A stretch of 64,000 bases of DNA from Clostridiales bacterium. GTDB lineage: Bacteria > Bacillota > Clostridia > Christensenellales > UBA1242. A program made the position numbers and the translations under genes. Position 1 is the stretch's first letter. The number at the start of each line of letters is the position of its first letter. Of this stretch, positions 16,401-26,151 are shown in pieces. The stretch is taken from positions 258,148-322,147 of the forward strand of contig DOEE01000003.1 of the NCBI GenBank assembly GCA_003524095.1. The letters are read 5' to 3'. The notes beneath the pieces are model-generated. The model was not told where the DNA came from, searched no databases, and was given only the letters and a program-made list of their open reading frames with translations.

Positions 16401-19400
16401 TAATGAATTAGATTATGTGGGTAACAATTATTTTGATAATTTTGGTGTTGAAAAACAAATTACTATAAATGTAAATGCAAGAGCAAAATCTATTGACTTA
16501 AGCAAAGATTCATTAAAAATTGCACCAAAAAATACTACTGATTTCAAAGTATTTGTTCAAACAAGTAATGTAATAGTAGATGAAATTTCAAACAAAATTA
16601 AATTCCTAAGTGCTTTGAATGTTAGTATTAATTCAAGAGAATTTGTAATTGATTTGACTGACAGAGAATATTCATACATTATCGAAAATGATACTTATGT
16701 TATTCAAGGAATTGATTTTGAAATTAACTATGAATTAATTAAATTTAGATTTAATTCACTTGTAGTTTCCAAAACAGATGGCTTGGAATTGGGTGAATAT
16801 ACTTATGATGTAGTATTTGGAGTTATTGTTAGATTTGATTCTAACTACTATAGGACACATGCAGATGACTTTGATTTAAATACTATTGAATATAACTTTG
16901 TATTTAGTCCAAAAAGCAATGAAAGTTTGACTAGTGTAATAAGTATTGGGGTAAGTCCAAACGAATTAAATTCGATATTTACAAACTATTATGCTAGGGG
17001 CGAACTACTAGCGGACGAAAGTGAAAAGTACGCAAACGAAAACGAAAGTAGATTTGTTTTGCCGGGAACGTCGGGGCTTCTCAAAATTACTCTTGACGAA
17101 GAATTTAATGATAGTAGTTATATTACAGTCACACTTGATAACAAATATATTGATTATGTTGAACTTGGTCAGATGGCGGGAAGTATTGATAATGTAACAA
17201 TTGATGCAACCAAAGATTTGACTGATTATATTACTAAATATACAAACATTTCATACAAACAATATATTTCTACTTCCGAAGAATTTGGAATTAGACTTAG
17301 CAAAATGACACTTAACTATAATGATGAAAATTACTTTAACAAAACATATTTTGTAAAACTCACACTTAACAGAAACTACGGCGATTTGGAAAATATTGTT
17401 CTTAATATTACATCTTACAAGGTTGGCAAAGGTTCGGTTGAAAAGACTAAATCAATTAGTGCGACATATGGAATAACCGAACTTCCATACATTGATGTCA
17501 AGGTAGACGGCTCGCAATCTGCGGTTTTGGGTCGTGGAATTAAAAAAGAATTGGAAATTAAGTCTAGGGGTATTAGTAATGAAATTATAGTAGGTGCACT
17601 TCCAAATAATGTGTTTATTTGTGATGACCAAGACAATGATATCCAAAAAACCTTAAGTGTAGATTATCTAAATCAAAACAGAAAATATTATTTGTGTGCA
17701 AAACTTGATGCAGAAATTACCAATGCAATAATCAAGTTTGATGCTGCAGAAATTATTTTGGGTGTTAGAGAACACACTAATACATCAATTGCTATTCAAA
17801 CAGTTATATTTGAAATTGAAAATGTACAATTGGAAGGCTCTATTGATGGAGTTGTTACAATTAAACATGGTCAAACCTTTGCACTTAATACAAAAGTTTC
17901 TTACAAAGTTCCTACAGTTGGCACAGAGAAGGAGATTAAAGAATTTGTAAACAACTTGACGCTAAATAATGTCGGTGACTTAAGTTTAGTTGAATACTCT
18001 ATAGCGGGTGCAAGTGTAAATAAACAAAGTTTCAAAGATGGCAAAGTAATCTCAGAAAATGAAATTTCAAAAGGCACATTGAGACTTTATAATCCAGTTT
18101 ATGTTGATGGAGATAGAGTATTTAAACCAATCACCAAAGAAAGTACAGAGAATTTGAAGGTTTATGACTACATAGAACTTGACGAAAATACATATGGCAT
18201 CAAAGTAAATAAATCTACTCAAAATAATGAATACGATGAGTATACTATCAAATATTATTCATTAAAAGGCATCAGTATTACGGGAGATTATGAAGTAAAT
18301 CTTAGAATAAATATTCCTTATTACTATGATACAAATGGAAAACTTGTGATAGATACTAAATCTTCAAACAATAGTGCTAATGCAGACAAGACAACATACT
18401 ATGAATTTGACCCAATTGACTTTAAACTTGTTGTCGAAGATAGTTCAACTTATGACCACCCAAATCCAATTGAAACACAAGATGACTTATTCAAAGCGTG
18501 TTCGACTGGAACGGGAGATTATATCCTTCTTAATAATTTAGTTCTCAAAGATTGGGTTCCACAAGAAGTCAACTTTAGGTCGCTTGACGGAAACGGATAT
18601 ACTATCAAAGTTAAATCATATAATTTGTCTAGTATAAGGGGTGTTGACGAAGCAAATGTCGGTATATTTGCTTCAACTAGTGAAAATACACTTCTCAAAA
18701 ATATTACAGTCGATGTATCTAATATGTTAGTAACAGAGACTCAAATGCTAAAAGATGTTGAAACACTAAGAAATGCATCGTCTAGTTCTTATGGTTACGA
18801 TGGAAACATAAATATAGCATTTACAAATACTGTAAACTTTGGTGTTTTGGTTGGAACAAACAATGGTGCTATTACAAACGCAAAGATTGTTAGTACTTTC
18901 AAAAACACAGAAATGAATGATAAAACACCATTATATTTGCATATACTTACAACTTTAGGTTATATTGATTCGACTTTTGTAAATACAAACATAGGTGGAA
19001 TTGTAGGTGTTAATAGTTCAACTGGTGCGATAACTAATTCCTTTGTAGGGCTTAGTCTAGCAAACATGACTGGAAGTTCTGCTAAAATTCAGTTGATAAA
19101 AAATGCTAGTGACTCGGTTTATAATAATGTTAGAGATTCACTTGAAGATGTAGAAATCTATCCATTTATATTGGCTGGTGGAAACAAACTTGGCGGAATT
19201 GTATCCGAAAATAGCGGTATTGTAAGTAATACATATGCCAAAGGTTTGGGACTTTATAATACATATCCAGCAGTTAAAGATAGTCAAACTGCAGGACTTG
19301 TTGCTACAAATAATGGAACTATTACAAGTAGTTTTGTTGAAAGTGCAAAAATTGGTGCTGATTTAAGAGCAATCAAAGATGAATTTATTATTGAAAGTAC

Positions 19401-22400
19401 TGGTAACGTCGGTGGACTTGTGTTTAATAATAATGGACTAGTTGAAAACTCATATAGCAATGCATACTTGGAAACTCAAAGTGCATTTACTGGTGGATTT
19501 GTATTTAGCAATAATGAAAATGGTCAAATTAACAACGCATATTCGACTGCTGTTAACAAATATAGTTTGGCACATGGTCAATTTACTGGTGTCGACAATG
19601 ACGGAAGAAGCATTCTTAATGCGGGTACTTATAACAATTGTTATTATTTAGTTTTGAATGATGAAAAAGCCAACGAACTTGAAGATGCTACAGCAATTGA
19701 ATTAAACCTAAAAGATGAAAATGTCTCTGACAAAGACAAAATTAGTGATAAAAATACTTGGCGTGGCTTCTCATTTGCATCCAAGAATAATGCTGAAGCA
19801 ATTTGGACATTTGAGAAAACTGGTGAAACTCCAAAAATAGGTGCTAGCCTAATTGATACTACATCATTTAGACAACTCACCGAAGTGGAAGAAAAAGTTG
19901 AAAATGGCAATACAATCACTGTCTACAACTATGAGTACAAAACAAATACTCTAGGCTCACTCAACAATCCATTGATTATTGACAAAGCCGAAAACTTTGA
20001 TAAATACATTATTGATAATTCATTCAAACTAAGTGGCGACGATAGATTTGTGTTTGGTGCAACAGTATCTAGTGGAAATGCACTAAGCAATCTAAATGTT
20101 GTAAGACATGTAAGAGTTGTAAATAACCTTGACTTTGAACAAATTACAACAGCCCAAATGTACAAAGGAACTTATCTATACAAAACAGTATTTGCCGGAG
20201 TCCTAGACGGAAATGGCATGACATTCAAAAACTTGAATATCAACACCGATGACGTTCAACTTGAAAACTTTGGTTTGTTTGCACAAGTAGGCATATCATC
20301 CAAAACTTCAACACTCCAAACTGTTGTCAAAAATTTGAATTTATCACTCAGAACTTATAAGTCTAGTGATAGTTCAAGAGCAGGGGTTTTGGCTGGAACT
20401 ATTGTCAATTCTAATATAATTAATGTTAAGATTGACGGTGGAAATACTGGTGATTCGCAAGTTATAATTGGTGCAAGAAACATGGCGGGCGCACTTGCTG
20501 GACTAATATATTCTGACAGTAACGGGGAAAACAAGGTATCTCTATTTGATATTGATGTATCTAACGTTGCAGTTGAATCTAGTTATGGTAGTCTTGGCGG
20601 TGAAATTACTAATGATAGCAAAGATGTAAGTCGTGGTTTCTACAACAAATTCTCAATCAAAAATGTTGAGACAAACGAAACTGTCGAAAAAGCATTTAAT
20701 AGTTTGTATAATAACAAATCAAACAAAACAATCTTAACAGAATCGGTTAATGGAAAATCTGTGATTAAATCTAATGTATCTTATGCTGGAACAGTTGCTG
20801 GCGTAATTATTGCTAACAACTATTCAAAACAAGTACAAAAAGATAATGTATATAATTATTACAAGACAAATCCAGATGATAGCACAATAGACAATGTTGT
20901 TGCAAGTGGAATTATTACAATTAGAACTGCTGATAATGCTGGTGGATTATTTGGATATGTTGGCGAAAATTCACTTATCAAAAATTCACACTTTGTGCTA
21001 TCTGACAATCAAATTATTAGAGCATTTAATTATGCTGGTGGATTAGTTGCAGAAAACCATGGTGTAATTGAACAATGTTCGGTTGCATTTGGTGACAATT
21101 TGCAACAAGTTAATGACAGAAACATACTATCTACAAATAGAAACAATACATCTCAACTATTTGACTCAATGTCTAGTACTGATTACACAGTTGCAATTGG
21201 TGGACTAGTTGGTTATAGTAGCAATGGTGTAATAATTGATAGTGTAAGCAAAGTTAATGCAATCAAACCTTATGCTTATATAGCAGGCGGACTAGTTGGT
21301 TACTCAGAGAATTATAACTATATTGGTTACTCATTCTCAACCGGTGCTGTATATTCAAAATTCATAACAGGTGGACTAGTAGGACTACAAGTAAACAAGA
21401 ATACTGATGCTGATTTAAATAATGCTTTGAGTCAAAATCTAACACTCAAACATGTATATGCTTTGACTGATTGGAATTTGACGAGAGACACTCTTAACAT
21501 TAGACAAAATATAACAAATAAATTATATGAAAATCAAAAAGTTTTGTATAAGATGTCTGACGGAAGTTATTATAATTTCTATGTTAAAATGCCAGAAGTT
21601 GGAAACTTAGATATTAATGTACCAGTTGAAATGAAAGTATCCAAGTCCGATTATGAAAATTCTCATAACGAATATTATGTCGGCTCGGCAATTGGTTATG
21701 CAATTATCAACAATTCTGAAACTGGTTATAACAAAGCAGGAACAAACAAGTTAATTTCAAACTTGGAAGACTACAATTATGGCGTTTCTAGTAGTGTTGT
21801 AACTAACACACTTGGACTTTATTCAAGTACTGGTAGTTTGGCTAATGGCAACAAGGTTGACGATTACTTCAAATCAACATTTAGTTATGTTGCAGGTACA
21901 GACTTAAATATTAATATGTATAGTTACAAAGTAGCATACAGTAATTCAAATCTAAACAAGTACACATTAAGTAGTTATCTATATGATGAACAGTACATCG
22001 AAGACAGTGAAGGCAATACATATGTGGTATCAAACAATTCTGTCAAAGTCGGTGCTACTACATATCCAGTTGAAGACGGCAAAGTTACAATTGGCGAAAC
22101 TGAGTATCCAGTTAAAACAAGAACAGTTGGCAAGTCTCAAAGCGGATATTATGATGTGTTTGATTATTCAAAAGTATTTGTTCAAGAATACTTAGAACAA
22201 ATCCTTGGTGATTATTCAAAAATTTTGGATGATGGAACTAATAAGACTACTGCTAATGTGTTTAAATATCCTCACAAAGATGATATGGAAAATTCAAGAT
22301 TTTTAACAAATCATAGCGGAGATAGTTTTGTACATCGAGATAATGGGTATATTTGGGCAATGGATACATACTTGCCAAAATTCAGCAAAGGTCTATATGT

Positions 22401-25400
22401 GTCAGTTCAATCAATCGCAAATACTGCAGATTTAAATAACGCATTTACAACCTTGTCTACTGGTAGAATATACAATGTTGTGCCAGAGGCGGGTGGAAAA
22501 ATCGAAGTTGATATTACTTCACAAAATAAATATATTAATTATACTCAAACAATCAAAGATACATTTATTGGTATCAAAGTTGACGGAACAAATCCAAAAA
22601 TCATATTTAATTTACCTGACCAAACGAGTGGAAACTCTACAACAGTTAATTCTATATTCAACATTTTGTCGGGTGTAACATTTAGCGGTATTGATTTTGA
22701 ATTTAATTTTGAAAGTTTCAAATTCTCATCTCAAAAAGACTATACGAACTTTGGACTAATTGCAAATACAATTCAAAATTCAGACTTTACAGATTGTTCA
22801 TTTACTTTGAATCTTTCTCAAAGTTTAACTTTTGAAGGCTCGGCATTCGATTATAATAGTTCAACAGTTGGACTAATGTTTGGTTCGATTATTAATACTT
22901 CGTTTAATAATTGTGCATTTGAAATAAATGTAAATAACAATAGTGTAACTCTAAATAATACGCTAATAGAAAATTTTGGACTTATTGCTGGAACGGTGTA
23001 TAGTTCAAATATTCAAAATAGTAGATTGACAATTAATGGTGTTGATACAATTACAATTTCAAGAAGTGCAAGTAGTCTAAATGTTGGCGGAATTGCGGGA
23101 GTATTTAATAGTTCAAGATTGACTCCAAGCGAATTGATTGTATGTAATATTAAAATTGTTAATAATTCGGATTTTGCTACTCTTAATATTTCTCAAATGA
23201 TGGCTTATGCAAGCAATTCAATTTTGAGTAATATTAATATTGCTACAGAACTAACATTTGAAAATTCAAATTCAGTTCAAAAAATTGACGAGTTGAGTAT
23301 TTCAAAAGTTGTCGGCATGTCTTATGCTAACAAAATTAACGGAACTCTATCAGGAGAAGTTGCAATTTCTTCGACCGATGTAAGCAAAATTTCAAAACTA
23401 AGTGTCGGCGGATTTGTAGGATTTGACCAAAGAAATACAACTTTGGGACTAGATAAGGCGATAGTTACTACAAATATTAGTGTTTCGGCATTTAGTAATA
23501 ACTTATCTGTTGGTGGATTGGTTGGTAAATCTGCTGGTTCATCTAACTTAATTTCCACGGGTGAGTTTGGTGGAAAAATCAGTGTAACAAATAATTGCTT
23601 GGGAAGTAGTATTGCAGAAACTTATGCTTATACAAATGTTGGTGGTCTTGTAGGTCAAACAACTAGTAGTGTTAAACTAAGTAATGTTATGAATGTCGGA
23701 AAGGCGGAAGTAACAACCAAGGATAATGCACAAAGCATAGTATCTATTGGTGGAATTGCTGGCAGAACTGAAAGTAGATTTGAGATAAATAATTTTGCTA
23801 GTTTTGCTGAGATGACAACACAAAATTATAGTAATGCAGTTGTATATGTTTCGGGTGTTGTTGGATATAACGGTGGTGTATTTGCGGGAGTTAATGGCTT
23901 TACGCTAGTTGAACTTCCTGAAAGTGTCGGCATTGTAACTTCGGCAATTACAAATAACTCCGTTTCTGATGTTACAAAAGATGTATTCTACGCATCCGAA
24001 CTTATGGGAAATAGTTATGAATCTGATGCAAAATATAATAGTTATGCTTTGGCTGACATATATTTTGACGATACAAAAAACATCGAAATAAGTGAGTATT
24101 CATATATCTATAAAAGGCTATATAGAAGACTAGTTGATTGTAATATGAAAATAGTTAGTGTCAGCAAGTTAAAAGTGCTTATTCCAAGTGACATGACACT
24201 AAGTATCAATACTTTAAATACGGACGGAAACACTAAAAACTTATTTGAACCAAATGTAGTAGGAAATGCTAATGATTTGGCTAAAAATGGATATATGATG
24301 CTTTTATCAGATATTCAAATAAGTGGTAAGACATTATCCAAAAATCAAGTTTTGTCGGGAAGAACGACTAAAGATGGCAAAGTTAAAATAACCAAGACAA
24401 ATAATACTTCTGCAGTTAGTACTGAATTTGCATTTACATCAAATGAGGGGATAATCTCCAATGTTTACTTTGAAACTTCGATACATGAAGGTTCACTAGC
24501 AGTTGCACAAAATGTTGCTTTTGTGGGTACTAATGAAGGTATAATCAAAGGTGTTTATGCTTATGGATTAAGTTCAAGCAAGTATTCAATTGCAAAAACC
24601 AACTCTGGAAGTATTCTACAATCCGGTTCGTATGTTGTATATTATCCAACAGACAATACGTCTACAAGTTATGGTTTGGTCAATGACAATAGTGGACTTA
24701 TTAGTGACTGCTACTCTATGAATTCTATTTATACAAAGTCTAATGATCCTAAAAACAAAAATCAAGTTTATGGACTAGCGGAAAAAAATAGTGGAACAAT
24801 TCAGTATAGTTATTATGATATTCCTGAACTTATGACATATAATAATAATTATGCGGGAATTGTTGAAGAAAATATAAAAAATAGTAGTGCTACTATTTAC
24901 AGATGTGAATCGAATTCTAATCCAAGTTTTGCAAGACAAAGAAAAACAATTTGGACGGAAGAAAATAATCACTCTCAACTAATTGGGGTTAAGGATATCA
25001 AAGGCGCAATTACTATCGAAATATCTGTAATTTATGGTGCGACTTCGACAAGTTATAAGACCGTAACTGACCTAAAAGAAGCCATAAAGTTGCATGCGAA
25101 TGCAGAAATGCCAAGTGCTATCCAATTTGATTATGAACTCAAATTCTTTGAACCAAATCCAGCAAAGTACAATGCTATAAGGTTCAATGAGGGCTATGCC
25201 TTTACAAATTATATAAATTCGCTTACAACATCTTTTATTCCAGAAAATACAATATTATTAATTGATGGAAATATATTTGTAAATAGCGAACTCAAAGCCT
25301 TCTCAATTCCAAGTTCATCAATGATTTTGGGACTTGGAGCAATTGATGGAGTTAGAAAAATTGCAAATATTATATACAATAATACTACATCATTAGGACA

Positions 25401-25785
25401 TGAGATTATTAATACTAATAATGGCATAATTGCGGGTGTTAATTTTGAAAACTTTAATTTGCAAAATCAAAGTGGCATGAGAGTGTTTGCTCCAATTATA
25501 TATAACTATGGCATAATCTACCAAGTGTCATTCCAAAACAAATATGCTCCAAAAAATAGGGGTATATATGTTGATGGCAAATCGGCAAAATATGTATCTG
25601 CAATCTGTGTTTACAATAGACCAGATGCAATAATAAGCAATTGCCATGCTGAAAACATTTCACTATACTCTGGTGACAAAGTTAATTTCATATGTAACTT
25701 TAACTCTGGCGTGTGCAAGCACAACTCAAGCCAAAAGGGTAATGGTGTTATTTCCGGAAATCCAAATTCAAACGGAATTGACTAA
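10381..25785 (+). CDS. giant surface lipoprotein-type protein (5134 aa) with Ig-like arrays and GLUG-type repeat arrays
   Basis: The ORF is open for 15.4 kb in AT-rich DNA. It starts with the lipoprotein-type signal MKKRLVLFGILLCSIFGLFVGC. Ig-like (Big_2-like) segments are present, for example YITFSPAETSQRDIEFEV. By eye I count about 20 GGLVG-type motifs: IGGVVGFVE, VGGFVGNAQ, IGGLVGSVG, YAGGLVAENHG, IAGGLVGYSE, VGGLVGKSAG and others. Confidence 0.9.
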   Translation: MKKRLVLFGILLCSIFGLFVGCTNDPYKDLQLINLNNESDVQLFVEQTYVNNKMEYTYPTYDLEVEIKNAPKDMSKYVLVSGGRELVNYSINYIGLNKSRISITPISYDKTGKFTLVVKTEEGNKSLNINFRVDLKITSFNYKEENLGVMVKGEQLDLTDLDKYITFSPAETSQRDIEFEVVYPISGAINGRNNVSYKEEDSYGKFAEIKNGILYTYSKDSDGKAINYPKLKTSATIEGETGQDVFVQCIPLKASYKGQKPEGSTLEDKYIDIVVIENCENVSLRMECQKDGDESYVGQKGSFELSKNESGEYDVSLICPHPEAGIWYDDYYTNRTLSFDFVTGGDDSTYYNPNDYMVLLNSDKSGSNIIQNEYVTLSSFGNIDNTFSVSATGAGVYKHKFKIDNKNYPGIINTEVVVNFHVINLPYQVKINNAVDIKQNDKSDLNVFTVFKNYGGSRGTKFEVKFNNSSDYKYFVYAKDDEVIDNLTMYKVDGSTQIFGKYEFDDSTGTAIIKSSSKNNFDYSTFRNGESFYLRHSYAILPEEQKQLFIGIMYNVASDSYSDDVKQRYFVNNFIEFPINLDFEVGVENITFTENKYLLDVTNPNYNNDIEDDGGVLLFELSQGQSLDSVLDINDLSYDRELIKVYPYFNDNENKTYIYMKANSTYKTGTTTLFVRTKNGVQNSVNITTFIPTIYAENETITDEAEKMPLSVSFDSDDVLYYFTGKSIRFDEVLNRDVVDDPHAKYNLYKNGMQIGWNYTSLNKLFMINGTSLDLKFYDYLVVENNGVMSVTPIDITNNVDVKFNFDGFASFSNGRLSVSKVTEDKSNPLTMTISYSGGYVKDVDGKQTYVSYPVTLKVDVYIYLPLQGVKVTSPKNVDIYIDDSLGIMDKTKKLSTHTIESDYVPNEIKLGADWNNDATYFDSKNPPVNLYYDIQDVLNSPVIIDGKELVLYSKEGLPMVIHDTNGDRGLVYGDLFEIISTNNKYNCMLKAVISEKFKNWIVSPTGGNYNNDEYYWFLKNRVFNNNISMSVNVYISQFMKLQNINNIRFNVKYTSKVSSLDLDIADDGVYFEKRESQETKSITIGYSIGNPLAINKDIMLLNSINGVFEARVNAGASSVNGTITITPKNSGIEYLTVVPMDNIKSYDETTGTYVYYDQSLVQKFRVKVADGSIIMPFEIRTVDDFVVMQDDLRGGKYFNYVLARNINLSKIDLSKDNTIVNINGKGFSLDGKYSYSRNGIEYENVYSLTHLNIKKSIENPSSDTNIGLFGSINNSIILRNLNIINSNIEITIKSLNGHALNVGILSGKVGGLNLYNSFVEGQITIKNLDTTQNSSNVNIGGVVGFVESYSNVVGLPASYIAGYSNSPYNSNVRIDYTQSNSNYTNHNFSVGGFVGNAQGKFDLTSLNIVSSIYGLNYKSSVGSVAGTLLDGKLDNVVVYPSIIINDILSDKDSELNISTMIGSGNGLVVNSKVYFTKDNIISWQNALKVKVITQNPVNFGAVIGKTLDGESKVSYTYVRSFYNENTPNFQADIYINSTKSSKIGGLVGSVGGQKILLENSYFNANILTNGTKETETNTNHLIGLLLADTNVASGSSVSNSYAIGELKVICEDTNIYKLSNIKDNFGLIVTSYPNSVSKILDTIDIDVNATNSKQSNEISNLTIQNVYGIINSNTYYFGNNSKITAIYDESKPFISATSGNGIVSGPYESVFEIFNTLGYNIIKDSDSEDANNPNLCWILNKNVNKSNNIGFPVLLSEETPKVAMYDLVPTKIYLDNINVVSGLYNVSTSDKTQLIMILNKLDKNSKSKDYFDIEVDSVSSAISIKFNGETILTKFFRINSDLEFSENSNEQIISIQGNKVYPVNEGLAVLTINSVLDKTVKLEITIKVVCGVTELQFKNVVTGEQFEDKNDSPKPIVYIDEVSYFEILNKNVFDKNSSKETEYLSSKEYGYKITVLESELPIGSLTIGGKILKNVGDEIIVSSSSLVVKGVSIGTIKLKITPIIFINELDYVGNNYFDNFGVEKQITINVNARAKSIDLSKDSLKIAPKNTTDFKVFVQTSNVIVDEISNKIKFLSALNVSINSREFVIDLTDREYSYIIENDTYVIQGIDFEINYELIKFRFNSLVVSKTDGLELGEYTYDVVFGVIVRFDSNYYRTHADDFDLNTIEYNFVFSPKSNESLTSVISIGVSPNELNSIFTNYYARGELLADESEKYANENESRFVLPGTSGLLKITLDEEFNDSSYITVTLDNKYIDYVELGQMAGSIDNVTIDATKDLTDYITKYTNISYKQYISTSEEFGIRLSKMTLNYNDENYFNKTYFVKLTLNRNYGDLENIVLNITSYKVGKGSVEKTKSISATYGITELPYIDVKVDGSQSAVLGRGIKKELEIKSRGISNEIIVGALPNNVFICDDQDNDIQKTLSVDYLNQNRKYYLCAKLDAEITNAIIKFDAAEIILGVREHTNTSIAIQTVIFEIENVQLEGSIDGVVTIKHGQTFALNTKVSYKVPTVGTEKEIKEFVNNLTLNNVGDLSLVEYSIAGASVNKQSFKDGKVISENEISKGTLRLYNPVYVDGDRVFKPITKESTENLKVYDYIELDENTYGIKVNKSTQNNEYDEYTIKYYSLKGISITGDYEVNLRINIPYYYDTNGKLVIDTKSSNNSANADKTTYYEFDPIDFKLVVEDSSTYDHPNPIETQDDLFKACSTGTGDYILLNNLVLKDWVPQEVNFRSLDGNGYTIKVKSYNLSSIRGVDEANVGIFASTSENTLLKNITVDVSNMLVTETQMLKDVETLRNASSSSYGYDGNINIAFTNTVNFGVLVGTNNGAITNAKIVSTFKNTEMNDKTPLYLHILTTLGYIDSTFVNTNIGGIVGVNSSTGAITNSFVGLSLANMTGSSAKIQLIKNASDSVYNNVRDSLEDVEIYPFILAGGNKLGGIVSENSGIVSNTYAKGLGLYNTYPAVKDSQTAGLVATNNGTITSSFVESAKIGADLRAIKDEFIIESTGNVGGLVFNNNGLVENSYSNAYLETQSAFTGGFVFSNNENGQINNAYSTAVNKYSLAHGQFTGVDNDGRSILNAGTYNNCYYLVLNDEKANELEDATAIELNLKDENVSDKDKISDKNTWRGFSFASKNNAEAIWTFEKTGETPKIGASLIDTTSFRQLTEVEEKVENGNTITVYNYEYKTNTLGSLNNPLIIDKAENFDKYIIDNSFKLSGDDRFVFGATVSSGNALSNLNVVRHVRVVNNLDFEQITTAQMYKGTYLYKTVFAGVLDGNGMTFKNLNINTDDVQLENFGLFAQVGISSKTSTLQTVVKNLNLSLRTYKSSDSSRAGVLAGTIVNSNIINVKIDGGNTGDSQVIIGARNMAGALAGLIYSDSNGENKVSLFDIDVSNVAVESSYGSLGGEITNDSKDVSRGFYNKFSIKNVETNETVEKAFNSLYNNKSNKTILTESVNGKSVIKSNVSYAGTVAGVIIANNYSKQVQKDNVYNYYKTNPDDSTIDNVVASGIITIRTADNAGGLFGYVGENSLIKNSHFVLSDNQIIRAFNYAGGLVAENHGVIEQCSVAFGDNLQQVNDRNILSTNRNNTSQLFDSMSSTDYTVAIGGLVGYSSNGVIIDSVSKVNAIKPYAYIAGGLVGYSENYNYIGYSFSTGAVYSKFITGGLVGLQVNKNTDADLNNALSQNLTLKHVYALTDWNLTRDTLNIRQNITNKLYENQKVLYKMSDGSYYNFYVKMPEVGNLDINVPVEMKVSKSDYENSHNEYYVGSAIGYAIINNSETGYNKAGTNKLISNLEDYNYGVSSSVVTNTLGLYSSTGSLANGNKVDDYFKSTFSYVAGTDLNINMYSYKVAYSNSNLNKYTLSSYLYDEQYIEDSEGNTYVVSNNSVKVGATTYPVEDGKVTIGETEYPVKTRTVGKSQSGYYDVFDYSKVFVQEYLEQILGDYSKILDDGTNKTTANVFKYPHKDDMENSRFLTNHSGDSFVHRDNGYIWAMDTYLPKFSKGLYVSVQSIANTADLNNAFTTLSTGRIYNVVPEAGGKIEVDITSQNKYINYTQTIKDTFIGIKVDGTNPKIIFNLPDQTSGNSTTVNSIFNILSGVTFSGIDFEFNFESFKFSSQKDYTNFGLIANTIQNSDFTDCSFTLNLSQSLTFEGSAFDYNSSTVGLMFGSIINTSFNNCAFEINVNNNSVTLNNTLIENFGLIAGTVYSSNIQNSRLTINGVDTITISRSASSLNVGGIAGVFNSSRLTPSELIVCNIKIVNNSDFATLNISQMMAYASNSILSNINIATELTFENSNSVQKIDELSISKVVGMSYANKINGTLSGEVAISSTDVSKISKLSVGGFVGFDQRNTTLGLDKAIVTTNISVSAFSNNLSVGGLVGKSAGSSNLISTGEFGGKISVTNNCLGSSIAETYAYTNVGGLVGQTTSSVKLSNVMNVGKAEVTTKDNAQSIVSIGGIAGRTESRFEINNFASFAEMTTQNYSNAVVYVSGVVGYNGGVFAGVNGFTLVELPESVGIVTSAITNNSVSDVTKDVFYASELMGNSYESDAKYNSYALADIYFDDTKNIEISEYSYIYKRLYRRLVDCNMKIVSVSKLKVLIPSDMTLSINTLNTDGNTKNLFEPNVVGNANDLAKNGYMMLLSDIQISGKTLSKNQVLSGRTTKDGKVKITKTNNTSAVSTEFAFTSNEGIISNVYFETSIHEGSLAVAQNVAFVGTNEGIIKGVYAYGLSSSKYSIAKTNSGSILQSGSYVVYYPTDNTSTSYGLVNDNSGLISDCYSMNSIYTKSNDPKNKNQVYGLAEKNSGTIQYSYYDIPELMTYNNNYAGIVEENIKNSSATIYRCESNSNPSFARQRKTIWTEENNHSQLIGVKDIKGAITIEISVIYGATSTSYKTVTDLKEAIKLHANAEMPSAIQFDYELKFFEPNPAKYNAIRFNEGYAFTNYINSLTTSFIPENTILLIDGNIFVNSELKAFSIPSSSMILGLGAIDGVRKIANIIYNNTTSLGHEIINTNNGIIAGVNFENFNLQNQSGMRVFAPIIYNYGIIYQVSFQNKYAPKNRGIYVDGKSAKYVSAICVYNRPDAIISNCHAENISLYSGDKVNFICNFNSGVCKHNSSQKGNGVISGNPNSNGID

Positions 25786-25824
25786 ACTTAAGTACTATGC
25801 AAAGCATATAGCAAAGTTCAAAAA

Positions 25825-25849
25825 AGAGACTAAACATAGTCTCTTTTTT
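25825..25849 (+). terminator. rho-independent terminator of giant gene 1
   Basis: Stem AGAGACT/AGTCTCT (25825-25831 with 25838-25844), followed by TTTTT. It lies 40 nt after the stop codon. Confidence 0.75.
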
Positions 25850-25969
25850 GTTGTTGCATAGTAGTTAAAATTCTGTTAAAATTTAAAAAACCGAGATGTT
25901 TTTTTCGTCTTATATTTAGACATTTTTCCAAAAAAAATTTCTAAATATTATATATTTAGACTAATTCGT

Positions 25970-25998
25970 TTGACTAGTTTTGACTTATTCTATATAAT
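25970..25998 (+). promoter_or_regulatory. near-consensus sigmaA promoter of giant gene 2
   Basis: TTGACT (25970-25975), a 17-nt spacer, then TATAAT (25993-25998), 81 nt upstream of the ATG. Confidence 0.65.
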
Positions 25999-26079
25999 TA
26001 GTTAGATATATTAGATATATTATTATATATATAATAATATTTTCAATTTTTCAAAATATAAACTATAGGGAATTGATTT

Positions 26080-26151
26080 ATGAAAACGTGGAAAAAAGTT
26101 ATTACATTAATAGTTTTAATCTTATCTAGTGCTTTGACTTGTTTTGCTTGT
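26080..26151 (+). other. lipoprotein-type signal peptide of giant protein 2 (Cys21 or Cys24)
   Basis: KTWKK n-region, a hydrophobic core, then ALTCFAC. The lipobox is less canonical than in gene 1. Confidence 0.5.
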
